From an uncultured Kiritimatiellota bacterium (GTDB lineage: Bacteria > Verrucomicrobiota > Kiritimatiellia > RFP12 > DVOR01), in assembly GCA_944389565.1 (NCBI GenBank), contig CALXMV010000005.1:1068-65067 (forward strand): a stretch of DNA of 64,000 nucleotides. Reading direction: 5' to 3'. Every line of letters starts with the position of its first letter. Positions within the stretch are counted from its first letter, which is position 1. Positions 61,076-64,000 of the stretch are shown one piece after another. The translations under genes and the position numbers were made by a program. The notes beneath the pieces were generated by a model. It searched no databases, had not been told where the DNA came from, and saw only the letters and a list, made by a program, of their open reading frames with translations.

Positions 61076-62251
61076 TTATCGGAACGAGGCTTGGTAGATG
61101 GCCACGACGTCGTCGTCGGAGAGCGGGGCGGGGTCGCAGGCGAAGAGTCCGCCGAGGGTGTCGCGGGCGTTCTTCGCCATGGCGGGGAACTCCTCGGGCG
61201 CGATGCCGTAGTCGCTCATTTTGAGGGCGTCGACGCCGCAGGCGCGTTGGAGGGCGGCGAGGGCGTCCAGGAAGTCCTCGGGCTTGGTGGCGGTGGGGCG
61301 GCCGAGGGCCTGGGCCAGGCGGACAAAGCGGCCGGGGCAGGCGCCTTTGGCGATGAGGGCTTTGTAGTAGGCCAGGGAGACCATGATGAGCCCCGCGCCG
61401 TGGGGGAGGGCGTGGTGGAAGGCGCTGAGGGCGTGCTCGATGGCGTGCTCGCTGGTGAGCGGGCCCGTGGCCATGACGAAGCCGCCGAGGGTGTTGGCTA
61501 GGGCCATCTGCGTGCGGGCCTCAAGGTCGTCGCCGTGGGTGACGCAACGGGCGAGGTTCGCGCCGACGCGCTCGACGCCGGCCAGCGCGTAGAGCTCGCT
61601 CATCAGCGTGCGGGGGCCGGCGAGGTAGCCCTCCACGCAGTGGAAGAGGGCGTCGAAGCCCTGGTAGGCGGTGAGGTGCGGGGGCACGGAGACCATCAGC
61701 GTGGGGTCGACCACGGAGAGCGCGGGGAATTGGCGGGGGTCCATGAAGCCGGGTTTCTCGCGGCGGTCGTCGTCGGAGATGACGGCGCCGTTGTCGATCT
61801 CGCTCCCCGTGCCGGCGGTGGTGGTGACGCAGACGAGCGGGAGCGGGGCGTTGGGATACCGCTTGTTGCCGCCGGTGGCGGTGAAGGCGTAGTCCCAGAG
61901 GTCGCCGGGGTTGCAGGCCATCACGGCGATCATCTTGGCCGCGTCCATCACCGAGCCGCCGCCGAGGGCGACGACGAAGTCGCACGCCTCGGCCTTGGCG
62001 AGCGCGGCGCCCTCCATGACGGTGGGGCGCAGGGGGTTGGCCTGGACCTTGGGGAACTCGACGACGGCCGCACCGGCCTTGGCGAGCTGGGCGAGGAGGC
62101 GGTCGTAGGCGCCCATGGCCTTGGCGGATTTGCCGCCGGTCATGACAAGTAACGCCTTCTTGCCAGGCAACTTCTCGTCGCCCAATTTATCGAGGGCGCC
62201 GGGGCCGAAGAGGAGGCGGGTGGGGATGGCGTAGACGAAGTCGTTGGTCAT
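61076..62251 (-). CDS. Iron-containing (group III) alcohol dehydrogenase
   Basis: 391 aa, containing GGGSVMDAAK, a GTGSE motif and the His-rich metal site HALSAFHHALPHG. Confidence 0.92.
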   Translation of the reverse strand: MTNDFVYAIPTRLLFGPGALDKLGDEKLPGKKALLVMTGGKSAKAMGAYDRLLAQLAKAGAAVVEFPKVQANPLRPTVMEGAALAKAEACDFVVALGGGSVMDAAKMIAVMACNPGDLWDYAFTATGGNKRYPNAPLPLVCVTTTAGTGSEIDNGAVISDDDRREKPGFMDPRQFPALSVVDPTLMVSVPPHLTAYQGFDALFHCVEGYLAGPRTLMSELYALAGVERVGANLARCVTHGDDLEARTQMALANTLGGFVMATGPLTSEHAIEHALSAFHHALPHGAGLIMVSLAYYKALIAKGACPGRFVRLAQALGRPTATKPEDFLDALAALQRACGVDALKMSDYGIAPEEFPAMAKNARDTLGGLFACDPAPLSDDDVVAIYQASFR

Positions 62252-62266
62252 GGCAACAATCCTTTC

Positions 62267-62917
62267 TCAGAGCGATTTTCCCAAGTCGTAGGCTTTTTGC
62301 GGGAGGTCGGTGCGGGCGACGGCGCCGGCGGGCCAGCAACCCGGCGCGATGAGTTGCCCGGCGTCCGTCCAGCCGTGGTAGTCCAGCAACATCCTGTAGT
62401 GATTCACGAGCACGTCGCGCTTGCGCGCGTCGGTGTCGGCGTAGGCCATCATCAACACGCACCGTTTGGGCGTATGCAGCCGCCCGGCGAGCGCGTAGAA
62501 GCGGTCGATGACGGCCTTGAGCTGTGCCGAGAAGCCGAAGTAGTACATCGGGGTGGCGAAGGCGATGACGTCCGCCTCCACCAACTTCTCGCGCAAGGCC
62601 TCGAAGTCGTCCTTGATGACGCAGGGGCCGTTCATGCCGCAGGCGTTGCAGGCGCGGCAGGGGCTGACCTTGGCCAGGGCGGCGTCGAAGCGGAAGACCT
62701 CGTGGCCGGCGGCCTGGGCGCCCTCGGCGAAGCGGGCGGCGAGGGTGGCGGTGTTCCCGTTCTTGCGGGGGCTTCCCGTGAGGATGACGATTCTCATGGT
62801 TCTCTCCTTGGGGTTGGGGGGTGACGGAGCCGTGGCGAGCGCCGCGCCGCCCAACACGGCCGCGCCGCCCGCCAGAAAGGCCCTGCGCCGCAGGGCGTGC
62901 GTCTCTCGCTTGCTCAT
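62267..62917 (-). CDS. Flavodoxin-like / NADPH-dependent FMN reductase family protein with a Tat signal
   Basis: ATG 62917 in ORF 62267..63055 gives MSKRETHALRRRAFLAGGAAVLGGAALATA. The core starts MRIVILTGSPRKNGNT at 62797. Both ATGs are preceded by AAGGAG at a spacing of 6-7 nt. Confidence 0.8.
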   Translation of the reverse strand: MSKRETHALRRRAFLAGGAAVLGGAALATAPSPPNPKERTMRIVILTGSPRKNGNTATLAARFAEGAQAAGHEVFRFDAALAKVSPCRACNACGMNGPCVIKDDFEALREKLVEADVIAFATPMYYFGFSAQLKAVIDRFYALAGRLHTPKRCVLMMAYADTDARKRDVLVNHYRMLLDYHGWTDAGQLIAPGCWPAGAVARTDLPQKAYDLGKSL

Positions 62918-63129
62918 CGGGGCGCTCCTTTCCTGAAAAACGCCCCCATGATACAGCATGGAGCGGGCTCCAACGCAAGCGTTTTCCCATTTTCCCCGCG
63001 GGCGATTTTTTCGCTTGCGGAGCGGGGGTGATTTATGGCATACTATGTCACTCATTCATGGGAATGAATGGCTTTAACCACACGCGCCCGGCGGTTGGTA
63101 GCGAACGCGCAGGGCTTGGAGATTGAGGA

Positions 63130-63393
63130 ATGGTCAAGATCAGATTGCGTAAGACCGGGTGCAACCGCGTGGCGACGTTTCGCGTGGTGGCTTGCGATTC
63201 GCGGAGCCCTCGCGACGGCAAGTTCCTGGAGATCCTGGGCTGGTACGACCCGCGCAAGACGACGGAGAAGTGCGGCCTGAACCTGGAGCGCATCGCTTAC
63301 TGGAAGAGCCAGGGGGCGCAGCTCTCCGAGACGGTGGCGTCGCTGGTGAAGCAGGCGCAAAAGGCCCAGCCGGCGCCCGCGGCCGAGGCCTGA
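63130..63393 (+). CDS. rpsP: 30S ribosomal protein S16
   Basis: 87 aa: MVKIRLRKTGCNRVATFRVVACDSRSPRDGKFLEILGWYDP. Confidence 0.97.
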   Translation: MVKIRLRKTGCNRVATFRVVACDSRSPRDGKFLEILGWYDPRKTTEKCGLNLERIAYWKSQGAQLSETVASLVKQAQKAQPAPAAEA

Positions 63394-63412
63394 GCCCACC
63401 CCGGGGGCCGCG

Positions 63413-64000
63413 ATGCCGCTGCGCATCGACGTGGTGACGATCTTCCCGGGGATGCTGGAAGGCTTCTTCGGGTCGAGCATCCTGCGCCGTGCGGTGGCGA
63501 TGGGCGCGGCCGAACTGCGCGCGGTGGATCTGCGCGACTTCGCGCATGACGCGCGCGGCACGCTCGACGACAAGCCCTACGGGGGCGGCGCGGGGATGCT
63601 GATGAAGCCCGAGCCGCTCTTCGAGGTGGTCGAGAGCCTGCGGGGCCCCGACACGCGCGTGATCGCCATGTCGCCGCAGGGGACGCCGTTCCGGCAGGGG
63701 GGCGCCCGCCGCCTGGCGCGGGAGCGGCACCTGATCTTCCTCTGCGGGCATTACGAGGGCATGGACGAGCGGGCGTTGGCGACGCTGACGGACGAGTGGC
63801 TGAGCGTCGGCGATTACGTGCTGACGAACGGCGCCCTGCCGGCGGCGGTGGTGGCCGACGCGGTGGTGCGACTCCTGCCGGGGGTGCTCGGCGGGGGCGC
63901 GGAGGCCACGGCGCGGGAGTCCTTCTCCGAGGGGGAGGGGCTCTTGGAGCAGGCCCAGTACACGCGCCCGCCCGTGTGGCGGGGCCTGGCGGTGCCGGAG
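63413..64000 (+). CDS. trmD: tRNA (guanine37-N1)-methyltransferase TrmD, 3' end outside window
   Basis: My translation from the ATG at 63413 reads MPLRIDVVTIFPGMLEGFFGSSILRRAV...DDKPYGGGAGMLMKPEP...LIFLCGHYEGMDER...SVGDYVLTNG. The frame is open to position 64000. Confidence 0.93.
   Translation, partial: MPLRIDVVTIFPGMLEGFFGSSILRRAVAMGAAELRAVDLRDFAHDARGTLDDKPYGGGAGMLMKPEPLFEVVESLRGPDTRVIAMSPQGTPFRQGGARRLARERHLIFLCGHYEGMDERALATLTDEWLSVGDYVLTNGALPAAVVADAVVRLLPGVLGGGAEATARESFSEGEGLLEQAQYTRPPVWRGLAVPE

Noticed and set aside
63000-63129. Attempted sigma-70 promoter calls for rpsP (TACTAT at about 63041) and for the divergent flavodoxin-like gene (TTGCGT ... TATCAT).
   Set aside because: Spacer lengths are 19-20 nt with weak -35 elements and no extended -10, so they are not good enough to report as features.

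Overview
GC-rich (about 70% by eye) bacterial chromosomal segment with about 41 protein-coding genes. I saw no rRNA, tRNA, transposase, integrase, prophage or CRISPR. All calls rest on reading the supplied ORF translations and the DNA; no searches were run.

Gene content, left to right:
- A translationally coupled YbbR / GldG-like / DUF4340 / PAS histidine kinase unit.
- A dnaK-groES-groEL block.
- Two small PEP-CTERM proteins.
- A minus-strand ftsB-like / lpxI / Tat-sulfatase operon.
- A minus-strand sugar operon: Tat Gfo/Idh/MocA (GH109-like) oxidoreductase, ROK kinase, MFS sugar porter.
- A secreted repeat protein, a hypothetical, pgpA and a sulfatase-like protein.
- A 14.7 kb minus-strand run glnN-purF-carA-pyrG-carB-(DUF3857/transglutaminase)-tsaD, divergent from gltB.
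- A thioester-less alpha-2-macroglobulin.
- A secreted unknown / metallophosphoesterase / comM operon.
- epmA.
- A 2147-aa LamG-containing surface protein.
- A cupin-CMD / Fe-ADH / Tat-flavodoxin-like cluster.
- rpsP-trmD.

PEP-CTERM tails, sulfatases, type III glutamine synthetase and the giant adhesin suggest a PVC-type (Verrucomicrobia/Kiritimatiellae/Lentisphaerae-like) organism. This is inference only.

Most interesting signals:
1. Three well-spaced sigma-54 (-24/-12) promoters precede glnN, gltB and, unexpectedly, dnaK. The dnaK and glnN copies are almost identical over about 30 nt.
2. The two longest homopolymers I noticed in the window (G14 and G9) both sit inside the -35/-10 spacer of promoters for surface-protein genes. 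This is the architecture of slipped-strand phase variation.
3. Two dispersed intergenic repeat families occur: a 44-bp multi-hairpin REP-like unit at three loci, and CCCAGTGGGCCC arrays at two loci.
4. A roughly 2 kb low-GC module is embedded in-frame in the giant gene.
5. A candidate ~90-nt sRNA with its own sigma-70 promoter and a canonical terminator lies between the kinase and dnaK.
6. A 135-bp PEP-CTERM-plus-terminator cassette is duplicated 1001 bp apart with only synonymous differences.

I did not find a recognisable defence, toxin or mobile system. None of the above is proven novel.
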